64,000 nucleotides of DNA from positions 128,001 through 192,000 of IMG/VR virus record IMGVR_UViG_3300010049_000009; one strand, 5' to 3'. The stretch is from a virus. Taxonomy: Duplodnaviria > Heunggongvirae > Uroviricota > Caudoviricetes. Under the pieces are notes generated by a model, which had not been told where the DNA came from, made no database searches, and worked only from the letters and a program-made list of their open reading frames with translations. Shown piece by piece: positions 19,581 to 29,455 of the stretch (positions within the stretch are counted from its first letter, which is position 1; each line of letters starts with the position of its first letter). Both the position numbers and the translations under genes were made by a program.

Positions 19581-19643
19581 AGTATGGCAAAGTGAGTTCC
19601 TGTTTAAAAATATTGTTTGCATTTTATTACTCACCGCTATATT
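19581..19643 (+). ncRNA. Y-RNA-like stem-loop unit 1
   Basis: AGTATGGC/GCTATATT outer stem, AAA/C internal loop, GTGAGT/ACTCAC inner stem, loop opens with TCCT. Confidence 0.55.
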
Positions 19644-19655
19644 TTTCTAAAAAGA

Positions 19656-19781
19656 AAAGACTAAAAATAAGTTCCTATACATTCAATGAGGTTCGGTGGT
19701 TCTAAACCACCTCATAAAAGGAATGAGAGCAATTTTTAAAGTGGCATTTAGCACAAATACTTATCGCTACCACGAGTCTTT
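19656..19781 (+). ncRNA. Y-RNA-like (YrlA-like) unit 2 with permuted tRNA-like module
   Basis: AAAGACT/AGTCTTT and ATAAGT/ACTTAT stems, TCCT, then T-arm-like GGTGG-TTCTAAA-CCACC, closed stem TCAT/ATGA, D-arm-like AGC...TGG...AGC. Confidence 0.6.
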
Positions 19782-19797
19782 GTTGAAGTAGTTCCTC

Positions 19798-19831
19798 CCC
19801 CGACTTACGTGAATAAGTTGGGGTTTTTTTT
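19798..19831 (+). terminator. intrinsic terminator
   Basis: CCCCGACTTA-CGTGAA-TAAGTTGGGG followed by T8. Confidence 0.85.
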
Positions 19832-19891
19832 GTTAATAACAATAAAAACAGTAAATTTAGTGTAGTATAAATTTTTAAATTAAATATAAAA

Positions 19892-20359
19892 ATGGCAAAT
19901 TATTTTCCAATGTCGGAAGACATTCAAGCAATGACACATGAGGTGTTAGAAAAAGATAATCCTTATTTGGCAACAATAGGATTAGATTTCGTATTATTGG
20001 GCGTTGATAAACAACCAAGTATTATTAAGATTACGAAGTCAAGTCCTTTGATTAATTACATTGCTAATAAACAGGAAATGATATTCGTAATAATATACGA
20101 AGAAGCGTTTGATAGATTGGAAGTAGAGCAACAAAAACTAATCATTGCTAATGCTTTAAATTCTATTGAGTATAATTCGGAAACCGATAAATCAAGTATC
20201 AATAATAGTGGTTGCGACCTGAACGAAGGCGTATACTTAAAATACAGAGAGAAACTTGTTTTGTCTATTTTTGCTGGACAACATGCTATCAAACAGATAG
20301 AAGAAGAAAAAAAGGAGGAGAAAAAGGGTGCGAAAAAAAATAAGAAGGGTCAAGATTAA
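19892..20359 (+). CDS. hypothetical protein, possibly a degenerate phage metallopeptidase-like fold
   Basis: IFVIIYEEAFDRLEVEQQKLII pattern, but no HExxH. Confidence 0.45.
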   Translation: MANYFPMSEDIQAMTHEVLEKDNPYLATIGLDFVLLGVDKQPSIIKITKSSPLINYIANKQEMIFVIIYEEAFDRLEVEQQKLIIANALNSIEYNSETDKSSINNSGCDLNEGVYLKYREKLVLSIFAGQHAIKQIEEEKKEEKKGAKKNKKGQD

Positions 20360-20514
20360 CTCCTTCTTATAATGGTTCTTCTAACGGTTTGAACGGTTCT
20401 CGGATTAGCGACAGGTGTACCTGGAGTACCGTTATTCTGAACAACAGGTTTACTTACCGGTTTAGGTGTTGAAACCGTCTTACTTACAGAATTACCACGA
20501 CAATTACATCCCAT
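20356..20514 (-). CDS. small basic late protein (MGCNCRG...)
   Basis: 52 aa from ATG 20514; late motif at 20543-20550. Confidence 0.6.
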   Translation of the reverse strand: MGCNCRGNSVSKTVSTPKPVSKPVVQNNGTPGTPVANPRTVQTVRRTIIRRS

Positions 20515-20559
20515 ATCTATATGATTTATTAAGTTATTTAACATAAATAGCATAAAAAA

Positions 20560-21093
20560 ATGAAAGTTATCAAACGGATAAGAAATTATTTCAGTTATAA
20601 GTGGAATTGGATTGAGGTTGTGTTTTCCTCACCATTTGTTGGGTTAAAAACAAAATGGTATTTTGGGAAAGTTGCAGTTGGTATTCCTTATTTTTTACCT
20701 AAAAAATGGTTTCAGTTTAACTATGTAAGTTTGGGGTGGAAAACAAAATATGACGATTTCCGTCATGAATGGGACCCGCTATTTTCATTGGTGTTATTCA
20801 ATAGACAAATAGCGGTTTGGTTTGTACCAAATGCTGATTGTTGTAGTTCTATATATTGGGAAGCGTGGTTGAATTATAAGTATAAAACTAATAAAAACCA
20901 CACACAGGAAGAAAGGGTAAAAGAATTGATTTTGACACATTCAGCAACATGGTCAAGTATAACCGAAGGTAGAAAAGAATCCATAAACTATTATGGTAGA
21001 ATTTTGAAGTATAAATACGCAAGATTAATCTTTTGTCAAAGTTGTTTTGTAAATTTAACACGAAAAAAACATGAAAAAATCAGTATTGATTGA
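20560..21093 (+). CDS. hypothetical protein
   Basis: Trp-rich ORF (LGWKTKYDDFRHEWDP). Confidence 0.7.
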   Translation: MKVIKRIRNYFSYKWNWIEVVFSSPFVGLKTKWYFGKVAVGIPYFLPKKWFQFNYVSLGWKTKYDDFRHEWDPLFSLVLFNRQIAVWFVPNADCCSSIYWEAWLNYKYKTNKNHTQEERVKELILTHSATWSSITEGRKESINYYGRILKYKYARLIFCQSCFVNLTRKKHEKISID

Positions 21094-21754
21094 TTTAGAC
21101 GATACATTAAGTTTATTCCTTGATAGTTGGTTATCATTATACAATAAAAAGTATAATGATAATTTAACTGTTATGGATATTTTATCTTGGAATATACAAG
21201 ATTATATCAAACCGGAAGCACGTGAAGATATATATGAATTACTAAAAACACCCGGACTTCTTTCAGAGGTGGTGAAACCAAAACCGGGTGCTATAATGGT
21301 AACTGAAATATTATCCAAATATTATGATTTGTACATTGTAACAGCGTGTACATATCCTCAAAATATTGTTGAGAAATTTAAGTGGATTGAAAACTACTTT
21401 CCACACATAAGCACCGACAATATTATTACAGCAAAAAACAAAAGTTTGATAAAGGGTGATTATATGATTGATGATTATCAAAATAATCTGATAACCTCAA
21501 TATGTGATACCAAATTGTTATTTAATATGCCACATAACTTTAATTATACAATCGAATTTGATAGTATGACAAGAGTATCTAATTGGGAAGAAGTGTTGTG
21601 GTTTTTTGCGGAGGAAAATGTGGAATTAAGTGAAGAAGTTATTGAAATAACCACCAACGGATATGCAAGTGATGCAACAAAATCACTTGGAAAACCCGGA
21701 TATATCTACCTGCCGGTTCATAAAATGAAAAATTTTTTAAATAAATATATGTAA
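21071..21754 (+). CDS. 5'(3')-deoxyribonucleotidase (NT5C family)
   Basis: IDLDDT, YIVTA, K..W...YFP, K.LIKGDYMIDD, MPHN, RV.NWEE. Confidence 0.9.
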   Translation: MKKSVLIDLDDTLSLFLDSWLSLYNKKYNDNLTVMDILSWNIQDYIKPEAREDIYELLKTPGLLSEVVKPKPGAIMVTEILSKYYDLYIVTACTYPQNIVEKFKWIENYFPHISTDNIITAKNKSLIKGDYMIDDYQNNLITSICDTKLLFNMPHNFNYTIEFDSMTRVSNWEEVLWFFAEENVELSEEVIEITTNGYASDATKSLGKPGYIYLPVHKMKNFLNKYM

Positions 21755-22822
21755 ATGAAAAGGATTTTAGTTATAAATAATAAATACAATCGGGGGTACA
21801 TTTATAATGTAGTCAAACCACTGATTAAATTACAGGAAACCTGTAATGATATTCACATTACAATAAAAAGTGGGTGCGATGTGAAACACATAACTCATTC
21901 TGATTACGATTATGTTATCTTCAATAAAGATATTTATGAAGATTTTTATAATGTTATTGTTGATACAAATAAGACAAAATTCGTTTTCTATATAGACGAA
22001 TGGTGGCAATTACCCAAAACCCACCACATGTACAAAGTATTCAATAGTAAGGAGATTAACCAAAAGTATTCACAAACAATCCGAAAGTCTGATTTAATTC
22101 TTACGTATGGGAACGATATATTGGTTGAAGAAATTAAAAAATTCAACAAAAATGTTGTACGTATCAAACGAACAGAGGGTTATACAAATATCGGTGTAGA
22201 TACAAACATACCGGTATTCGGTGTTGTACCAACCGAACATGATTTGTTAAACATTCACCAATTATCCAAATTAAATTTTTCTAATTTGTTTTGGGAAAAC
22301 AATAAAATAGTGTTGGTTGGATTTACAAATATCGTATCAAAATATGATAATATAGAAAGGTGTCATATAGATACAGAGTTTAATGGTGGTGTTTGGTATG
22401 AATATGAAAAAATAATAACAAATAATTATAAATTGTGTTCAGAAGGATATAAGAAATTTCTTCTTAATTTTATTCCAAATTCCCATTACAAAGGTGATAT
22501 TAATGCCGAACCATACAAGCGCATTTGGAAAAATGAAATTGATGACGATACAATATATTACAATATTTTGTTAAAACCATTGATTAAAAATAAAAACAAC
22601 TTATTGTTGTATGATATAGAAACAGATTTGGCAACGAATACCATAATTGATAATAAATATGTTCAAGTATTAAATACAATTTATTATCCGAAACTGAACA
22701 TCGAAAAGAATATTAAGAAAAATATGGGTGAAATGGCAATGGAATATCGTCAGAAGTCTATGTTTCCCATAGAAAAACAGAGTGATGAAACATTAAATAT
22801 AATTTTAAATATATTCAAATAG
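21755..22822 (+). CDS. glycosyltransferase-like protein (possibly degenerate)
   Basis: [23 protein letters not shown]...NNL resemble phage GT-B-like proteins. Confidence 0.45.
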   Translation: MKRILVINNKYNRGYIYNVVKPLIKLQETCNDIHITIKSGCDVKHITHSDYDYVIFNKDIYEDFYNVIVDTNKTKFVFYIDEWWQLPKTHHMYKVFNSKEINQKYSQTIRKSDLILTYGNDILVEEIKKFNKNVVRIKRTEGYTNIGVDTNIPVFGVVPTEHDLLNIHQLSKLNFSNLFWENNKIVLVGFTNIVSKYDNIERCHIDTEFNGGVWYEYEKIITNNYKLCSEGYKKFLLNFIPNSHYKGDINAEPYKRIWKNEIDDDTIYYNILLKPLIKNKNNLLLYDIETDLATNTIIDNKYVQVLNTIYYPKLNIEKNIKKNMGEMAMEYRQKSMFPIEKQSDETLNIILNIFK

Positions 22823-22823
22823 T

Positions 22824-23171
22824 ATGATAGATAAATTAGAAATTGTTGATGTCGCAGAAGGACACGGCACACAGAGTGTAGAAAAAGGAGACCATGTAGT
22901 CATTCACTACACAGGTAGTTTGTTAGAGAACGGTAAAGTATTTGACAGTTCTCACGGAAGAAACCAACCGTTTCAATGTTTGATAGGTGTTGGGCAGGTA
23001 ATACGCGGATGGGATGAGGGTGTTATCGGAATGAAAATCGGTGGTAAACGAACACTGAATATTCCCGCCGAAATGGGATATGGAAGTCGTGGCGCAGGTA
23101 CAGATATTCCCCCTAATGCCGACTTGAAGTTTGAAGTTGAACTTTTACACGCATTTAGACCTCTGAAATAA
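22824..23171 (+). CDS. FKBP-type peptidyl-prolyl isomerase
   Basis: [31 protein letters not shown]...IPPNA.L.FEVELL. Confidence 0.95.
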   Translation: MIDKLEIVDVAEGHGTQSVEKGDHVVIHYTGSLLENGKVFDSSHGRNQPFQCLIGVGQVIRGWDEGVIGMKIGGKRTLNIPAEMGYGSRGAGTDIPPNADLKFEVELLHAFRPLK

Positions 23172-23386
23172 TGAGAACACCTGGTAGTGGTTGGGGTAAC
23201 GGAAGAACGAAGTTGTGGCAGGTTTGTCCACTTTGTGGTAAAAAGAAAATGTATTACAGGTGTTTTTATTCTGTAATTCCACCACATTTTTGGTGTACTT
23301 GGTGCAAAAATGACGTTACCCCGAAACTTGATTTTGAAACACAGGAGTACCCACCAGGATTTATTAGGCAAGAACATAAACAATGA
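23171..23386 (+). CDS. small zinc-ribbon protein
   Basis: CPLC...CTWC. Confidence 0.6.
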   Translation: MRTPGSGWGNGRTKLWQVCPLCGKKKMYYRCFYSVIPPHFWCTWCKNDVTPKLDFETQEYPPGFIRQEHKQ

Positions 23387-23811
23387 GAACGATAGATGTA
23401 ATGTTTTTTGTGTGTGAAAATTGTGGACACGAAGAGAAGTTCGCCGGATTAGAACCGGAACAATTAGAGCTCGAAATGTATTGTAGTATATGTCAAAGTA
23501 GAGAAATTTTTGTTAAAGACGATACGAAAACAGGGATTTTCAATTTTGAAACCGAAGAATTTAAAGTGAAAATGAAAAGTTTAACAATTAATGAATTAAT
23601 ATCCAAATTAATGGATATACGTAAAAACAATGATGGGAATGGCAATATACCTGTTTTTGTTGAAGTAAACGGACAACAGGAAAAATTCGGAAATTATGGA
23701 TTTGAAGTTCATCACCACTACCATGAAAAGAATATTTATAATGGTATTGAGCAGGAAGAAATCAATGAAGTAATTCTTATGCCGTTTGCTGACGGAATTG
23801 ATTATGATTAA
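23383..23811 (+). CDS. zinc-ribbon hypothetical protein
   Basis: CENC...CSIC. Confidence 0.65.
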   Translation: MRTIDVMFFVCENCGHEEKFAGLEPEQLELEMYCSICQSREIFVKDDTKTGIFNFETEEFKVKMKSLTINELISKLMDIRKNNDGNGNIPVFVEVNGQQEKFGNYGFEVHHHYHEKNIYNGIEQEEINEVILMPFADGIDYD

Positions 23812-24722
23812 CGTCTAGAACCACCCGAAGAAGTTGAAGAAGAACTTGAACTCCTTTGTGTAGGGGTTGAAGTGGTTCCACTTGACGAAGACCTTGATGA
23901 ATTTGACGGTGGCGTATAGGTCTGACTACTTCGTGTTGGTGTTGTTCCACTTGAAGTACTACTCCTTGAAGAAGATGACGATTGTGTAGTCGTTGAACTT
24001 CTTGAAGGGGTAGTTGTTTGTTGTGTGGTAGTTCTTGATGGTGTTGTTCCACTTGAAGAACGAATAGAATTTGAGGGTGGGGTATAACTACTTGAACCCC
24101 TTGTGGGGGTTGTAGTTGTTGTACTTCGTGTGGTAGTTGTTGGTGTTGAACCATAACTTGAACTTGTTCTTGTGGTTGTAGAATAGGATTCACGTGTCGG
24201 TGTACTTCTCGTATAAGACGAATATACTGAACTTGAAGAACGTCTTTGACTCGGTGTTGTAACCGGTGCAACCGTTGGTTTTGGATTCCAAACAATGTGA
24301 TGGTGGTGGTGATAATGTGGATGCCACCAATTATGTCGGTGGTGAAAACGATAATATGGATAATACCAAGGGTCCCACCAAGGACTTCGCCACATATTAA
24401 AATTATACCTCCAATAAATATCATTCGGAGTTACCGATACCGCTTGTATTCGCCAACCACCCATATAGAAAGACACCCAATAGGTGTTATATGAATAAAT
24501 CGGCGACCAATATGAAACACCCACAACAGGGTTATTAAATCTGTAAATTCGTTCAGCGTATGACCAATTTGTGTCATACACGTTAAAATTATTAACGGTT
24601 ATGTGCGTTGTTTCAGTACGTGGATTCCAATATATATCATCCACATACGAATAACTTGTCTGACTCAAAGTTTTGCAACCGAATACCGACAAAATGATTA
24701 ATATGGAAAATATTCTTTTCAT
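23808..24722 (-). CDS. putative lipoprotein with aromatic-rich domain and Ser/Thr/Arg-rich tail
   Basis: Signal peptide II MKRIFSILIILSVFG-C; YVDDIYW; W/Y/H-rich segment; disordered tail ending GGSRR. Confidence 0.75.
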   Translation of the reverse strand: MKRIFSILIILSVFGCKTLSQTSYSYVDDIYWNPRTETTHITVNNFNVYDTNWSYAERIYRFNNPVVGVSYWSPIYSYNTYWVSFYMGGWRIQAVSVTPNDIYWRYNFNMWRSPWWDPWYYPYYRFHHRHNWWHPHYHHHHHIVWNPKPTVAPVTTPSQRRSSSSVYSSYTRSTPTRESYSTTTRTSSSYGSTPTTTTRSTTTTTPTRGSSSYTPPSNSIRSSSGTTPSRTTTQQTTTPSRSSTTTQSSSSSRSSTSSGTTPTRSSQTYTPPSNSSRSSSSGTTSTPTQRSSSSSSTSSGGSRR

Positions 24723-24734
24723 GGTATTTAGATA

Positions 24735-25127
24735 TTATTTCTTAATTAAACCTTCCGTGACATTAATAATAAGTTGATTTTGAATGGGGACTATCAGGTT
24801 TCTTCCCGCAAATTCCTTATCATTATCTTTATTAAATATAATTTCAAATGTTCCAACATATTTACCTGGTCTTGAAACATCCCTTGGTTTCCATTCGTAA
24901 GCGATATGATATTGGTCTGTACAACCATCTGCTTCAATTAAAATTCCGGGTTGGTGTGCTACCTTAACAACACCTGTATCAACGTCTACCATATTGAAGA
25001 ATATATCAGCATTTTGAAGTGCGTCAAAAAACGGTTCGTGGTTTTCTGAACCAACGCGACCATACTCTATCAATTTCATTTCAAGTATTGGTAATATACT
25101 TCCTTTATTTATAAAAAAATTCTGCAT
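24735..25127 (-). CDS. BppU-N-like tail fibre/baseplate attachment protein
   Basis: FFINKGSILPILEM...YEWKPRDVSRPGKYVGTFEI...LIVP pattern; directly downstream of the fibre gene. Confidence 0.55.
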   Translation of the reverse strand: MQNFFINKGSILPILEMKLIEYGRVGSENHEPFFDALQNADIFFNMVDVDTGVVKVAHQPGILIEADGCTDQYHIAYEWKPRDVSRPGKYVGTFEIIFNKDNDKEFAGRNLIVPIQNQLIINVTEGLIKK

Positions 25128-25145
25128 AGTTTTTAATTATTTTCA

Positions 25146-28100
25146 TTATACACCTAATGTGAATGTACCAATTCCTGTGTGTCCAACCCAATATATTCTT
25201 CCATTATGTATCAACACATTATTACCCGAAAAATTACCCAAGCCAGCACTACTTGCTTCCATCGATGTGAATTTCAAATTACCTTTTAAATTCAAACTAT
25301 CTGCTGACGAATAATGATTCAAAGTGTTCACACCACTTAATGTTGTCATTTTAGCAAAATTTGGTATAACACCAACAGGGGTTGTGGTTTTCCATCCTTC
25401 ACCACCGATAAAATATAAAATATTATCATGTCCCACACCTGAAATATTTACACCCATTCCAAATATGTCTGCTGAAACACCTGATGTACCACCAATATTT
25501 GAAATTGTGTTGGTGTTTAAATCCATAACATCTAACCTAATATGTGAAAAACTACTAAATGTGGTCTGTATATATAATTTATCTTGATATATAAATAATC
25601 TCACAAATCTTGTGTTTGGTATATTATGTGCAACACTAGTGTATGGTGGTGCGGCAGTTGCAGCGGTTTCACTTGCATAAAACCCACCGGGTATATCTAT
25701 TATTTCAATATGGGTTGAACTGAAACTATATAGTTTATTATTATGAGCAACCATATTAACATTTAACACATTTTGCACCCCCATTACCCTAGAAAATAAA
25801 ACCGTACCACCGTTTATACTTGCCATTCTTATTCTATTATTACCACTTGCTGTTGTTCTTAAAAACATTCTATCATCTGATATTAATATTGCGTTTTGTG
25901 TTCCAGCACCAAATGTTGCACTTGTACTAACATTAACAATGGGGGTATTTGCGTTTGGTGTTGGATCACTCAAATCCACAGTCGCCATATTTGTACTATC
26001 ATTCATTGCTATAAAATACATTTTATCTTTGTAGAAAAAAGTATTAATTCTCCTAGCATCTCCAATAGGGCGACTAAATTGTCTAAAAATTCGTGTATAA
26101 CTGTTTGATATCGGATCATACATTCCTATCGTATGTTGTCTACTACCACCGGATGGTGGATCAACATTAGCTGTAAAAGTATATATTTTTCCATTAATTT
26201 CACCAAACGAAAGTATATTTTCTAATGGTATTCCAGCCAAACCAAATCTACCAATAGTTTCAAATGGTGGTATTTCCATTTCTTGTCCAATTTGAAAAAC
26301 AGTTAATTCTCTTACCAAACCACTTTCTGATTGAGTGTATAAAATTTTACCCTCCCTAACCGATTGTGTGGTATTTGCTGCAATATTTAACAAATTACCG
26401 GATGGTGTAATCCAATTAGGTAGTGCTGATGTGTTAACAGTAAATGGTATATTAACACCACCACTTTGTGATAACACATTAATATCTAATGATTGGGTTG
26501 TTTCGGCAACAGTTTCCACCAAAACACCGTTATTAACCACAAATGTAAATTCGTCAGGTTGTTTTCCGGGTACTAAATCACACGGATATACATAAAATTT
26601 TTTCCATGTTGTGTTTTCAAGTACACTTGTATCTGTTTCTAAATATTCGTGTGAAAAATCATCATAAGAAACCAATGTTAAATTCATAGGATTGCTCACA
26701 TAACCCTTGTTAAAACCGAATACACAATAACCATCAGGTAATTCAATATCTAACCACACCTTATTTGTATCATTATCATAATCCAAAACTTTGGGGAGGC
26801 GATTTACCTTTCCTGTTCCGTTGGGTTGTGCATTAACATAAAATGGTTTTGTGGTTTCACCTTTTATTACTCCAAACGCTTCATTTGTAAAACTACCTAA
26901 TGGGTCTTCTTGAACTACGTGAGAAAAAACAAATGTACCTGTGTTACTTCCCCCAACCCATCTATATAATGTTCGTTGTGGTAATTCATTATAATCGTCT
27001 AAATGATCTTCATCAGCAATAACATATGTGTAATCACCCTCATTTATTCTTTTATACGTTGAGAAATCAAAAACTCTAAGTGCAGCAACAGTTTCAAAGT
27101 TACTACCAATCCATTTTCCACCTATTGCCTCTAATGTTGTAATTCTACCATTGTGTTCTTCTATTGTTTCCTGTAAAGGTGTGAAATCAATGGTGTGTGT
27201 GACGGTTTTTACTTCTTCAACTCTTCCATAACCATCACCTTTTGTTTCTTCAACCATTTTTAATGTTATGGTTGGAGTCCCTTCATCGTAAGTATGTGTT
27301 TGTGTTGAAGTTGGTTGTTGTGTTGTAAATTCTTTTAATGTGGTATCAACAATAAAATTTCCGTGTTCGTCAAGTTTGGTTTTGGGTGCTAAAACATCAC
27401 CCACCAAACTAATATCCATACCTTCCAATTTTACTATTCTGTCTTTCGCATTAGTAAAGTCAATAGTATATGTGGTCGTGCGCACCTCACCAACTCTTCC
27501 TTTTCCGTCTGTTTCGGTTTTATCAACAAAAACCAATTGAAATGTTGGTGTATCATCGCTAAACGCATATTCTGATTCAATAGTCGTTTGTTCTGTATCA
27601 AAGGGTCTTAATCTATTTTCAAGCAATAAATGACCGTTTTCATCAACAGGTATTGTTTCTGACAAAACATCACCTTCCATAGTGATTTCTGTAACAGCAT
27701 TGATATTTACGTGGTGATTATCTTTACTACTTGCTTGAAAACGTGGTTCCCACTCCTCACTATCGGGGGGTAAATTCATTTCAGATGGTATTTCCATACC
27801 ATTGAGATATATGAATAAATTACCATAAGGAACTTCATCTAAATCGTGATAAAGATTGGTAAATGCAACTAACCCCAATCCTAAATCATATTCCCCTGGA
27901 TTTGGTTGATTTAATGTAAATATTATTGGAACACCACCGATAAGTATTTCAACCTTATCATCAGTAAACCCCCTACCAGGATTTGTAATTATAATTGAAT
28001 CAAGTTCACCATCTTCATTTATTGTAGAATATGCGGCAGCACTACCATCACCACCAACAATAGTAACCATTGGTTCACTTGTATAGTGTTCTCCAACACT

Positions 28101-29372
28101 ACCAACCTCAATCGTATCTAAACAAGCATCAAGAATAGCAACAGCCCTTGCACTTCTTCCACCTCCTGTTGGTGCGGCAATTGTAACCGTGGGTGGGTTA
28201 GCAAAAGAATACCCCTTATTTAATTCTATGTTTTCAACCTTAATACGACTTACTGAACCGGTGTTATTTACTATAGAGGTTGCTTCTGCTACAATACCAT
28301 CTGTTTCGGGATCTGAAATTGTAACAATTGGTGGATAAATATTATTATAACCCACCCCACCTTCTATAACATCTATTTCAACAACACTTACTTTTAACGT
28401 TCCTATTGCTGTCGCACCAAAACCACCACCTGAACCAACAAAGTGTGCATCGTGATTTTTAATTTTATTACGATATATTTTAATTGGTGTGTTATTTGCT
28501 ACACCGGGTTTATATAATAAATCGTTAAAATTACCACTATATGCTACTTTAGAAAAAAGGGGTTTATTTTTTAATTCATTGGGTGCGCCTTCATAAGCCT
28601 CCCAATCCGTTGCCTCAATTTGATAATATGTTGGTTGTGTTGTTTTGGGTGAAAATTGTTCAGTGTCTTCAAAATTTATAACTGTTTCCCCATCTTCATT
28701 TTCGGTTATAACTAATATTTTTGGTGTTAATTCTCTACCATTTTGCATTATAAATAATTGTCCTGCACCAAAATCAGGTCTATTGACAAGATAAGCAGGG
28801 CTATTTGGATCAACGTTATCCCAATCAGTTTGTACCTGTAGAAATTGATTTGGATCAGGGATATCGGGTTTGTTATTTATATCTTCCCATTCACCACTGA
28901 ACGCCACTGATGCTAAACTTATATTATTTGTTTGATCATCAATTTTATTTATTGTTATTTCAGATGCTTTTCCACCCTTATCAATAATTTTTATAACTCC
29001 ATTAGGTAATTTTAAATTAATAGTTTGTTCGTTAGATTGATTAAGACTAAAACTTGATATTAAAGGTGCATTAGGTTTAACAAAGGGTCTATTATTAGAT
29101 TCGTCATTACTAAGTTCCATTCTTATAGTAATGGTTGGATCATTTGCACCACCTACGTCATCACCAATCAATTCTCTTATTTTTTCTACTATGAAAGTAT
29201 CGTTTATCCTAATAAGCCTGTTGTTGCCATCAGGAGAAACTGATATAATAACACCACCACCCTCTACCGGGATAAGAAAACACGAATTTATTAAATCCCT
29301 ATAATCATCTTGTGAAGGTATATCACCTGCTCTAAAGTAGTTTATTAATGTAGTTTTATTTACCACAGACAT
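25146..29372 (-). CDS. tail fibre/receptor-binding protein (1408 aa)
   Basis: F..GD.P...DY.DLI.S N terminus, VAFSG.W.D...KP fibre repeats, GxGYxxxPxVxI repeats, BACON-like domain, C-terminal beta-propeller-like region; late motif 29390-29397. Confidence 0.75.
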   Translation of the reverse strand: MSVVNKTTLINYFRAGDIPSQDDYRDLINSCFLIPVEGGGVIISVSPDGNNRLIRINDTFIVEKIRELIGDDVGGANDPTITIRMELSNDESNNRPFVKPNAPLISSFSLNQSNEQTINLKLPNGVIKIIDKGGKASEITINKIDDQTNNISLASVAFSGEWEDINNKPDIPDPNQFLQVQTDWDNVDPNSPAYLVNRPDFGAGQLFIMQNGRELTPKILVITENEDGETVINFEDTEQFSPKTTQPTYYQIEATDWEAYEGAPNELKNKPLFSKVAYSGNFNDLLYKPGVANNTPIKIYRNKIKNHDAHFVGSGGGFGATAIGTLKVSVVEIDVIEGGVGYNNIYPPIVTISDPETDGIVAEATSIVNNTGSVSRIKVENIELNKGYSFANPPTVTIAAPTGGGRSARAVAILDACLDTIEVGSVGEHYTSEPMVTIVGGDGSAAAYSTINEDGELDSIIITNPGRGFTDDKVEILIGGVPIIFTLNQPNPGEYDLGLGLVAFTNLYHDLDEVPYGNLFIYLNGMEIPSEMNLPPDSEEWEPRFQASSKDNHHVNINAVTEITMEGDVLSETIPVDENGHLLLENRLRPFDTEQTTIESEYAFSDDTPTFQLVFVDKTETDGKGRVGEVRTTTYTIDFTNAKDRIVKLEGMDISLVGDVLAPKTKLDEHGNFIVDTTLKEFTTQQPTSTQTHTYDEGTPTITLKMVEETKGDGYGRVEEVKTVTHTIDFTPLQETIEEHNGRITTLEAIGGKWIGSNFETVAALRVFDFSTYKRINEGDYTYVIADEDHLDDYNELPQRTLYRWVGGSNTGTFVFSHVVQEDPLGSFTNEAFGVIKGETTKPFYVNAQPNGTGKVNRLPKVLDYDNDTNKVWLDIELPDGYCVFGFNKGYVSNPMNLTLVSYDDFSHEYLETDTSVLENTTWKKFYVYPCDLVPGKQPDEFTFVVNNGVLVETVAETTQSLDINVLSQSGGVNIPFTVNTSALPNWITPSGNLLNIAANTTQSVREGKILYTQSESGLVRELTVFQIGQEMEIPPFETIGRFGLAGIPLENILSFGEINGKIYTFTANVDPPSGGSRQHTIGMYDPISNSYTRIFRQFSRPIGDARRINTFFYKDKMYFIAMNDSTNMATVDLSDPTPNANTPIVNVSTSATFGAGTQNAILISDDRMFLRTTASGNNRIRMASINGGTVLFSRVMGVQNVLNVNMVAHNNKLYSFSSTHIEIIDIPGGFYASETAATAAPPYTSVAHNIPNTRFVRLFIYQDKLYIQTTFSSFSHIRLDVMDLNTNTISNIGGTSGVSADIFGMGVNISGVGHDNILYFIGGEGWKTTTPVGVIPNFAKMTTLSGVNTLNHYSSADSLNLKGNLKFTSMEASSAGLGNFSGNNVLIHNGRIYWVGHTGIGTFTLGV

Positions 29373-29389
29373 ATTATAATACTTTTCTT

Positions 29390-29397
29390 ATAAATAG
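29390..29397 (-). promoter_or_regulatory. putative late promoter motif CTATTTAT
   Basis: 17 nt upstream of fibre ATG. Confidence 0.6.
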
Positions 29398-29427
29398 AAA
29401 CTGTTTTAATTTAAGAGTTAAAATCAG

Positions 29428-29435
29428 TATATTTG
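29428..29435 (+). promoter_or_regulatory. Bacteroidetes-type -7 element TATATTTG
   Basis: TAnnTTTG upstream of helicase. Confidence 0.6.
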
Positions 29436-29455
29436 CAAGAAATGGTTAACCAAAT

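Noticed and set aside
19581-19800. CRISPR mini-array or true tRNA gene
   Set aside because: Shared word is only ~7 nt with irregular spacing; no anticodon arm, open acceptor stem or CCA
23777-24424. 215-aa alternate-frame ORF over the lipoprotein gene
   Set aside because: Shadow frame of Ser/Thr-rich low-complexity codons; no independent start signal
25146-26300. Diversity-generating retroelement target in the fibre tip
   Set aside because: No reverse transcriptase and no template/variable repeat pair seen in the window
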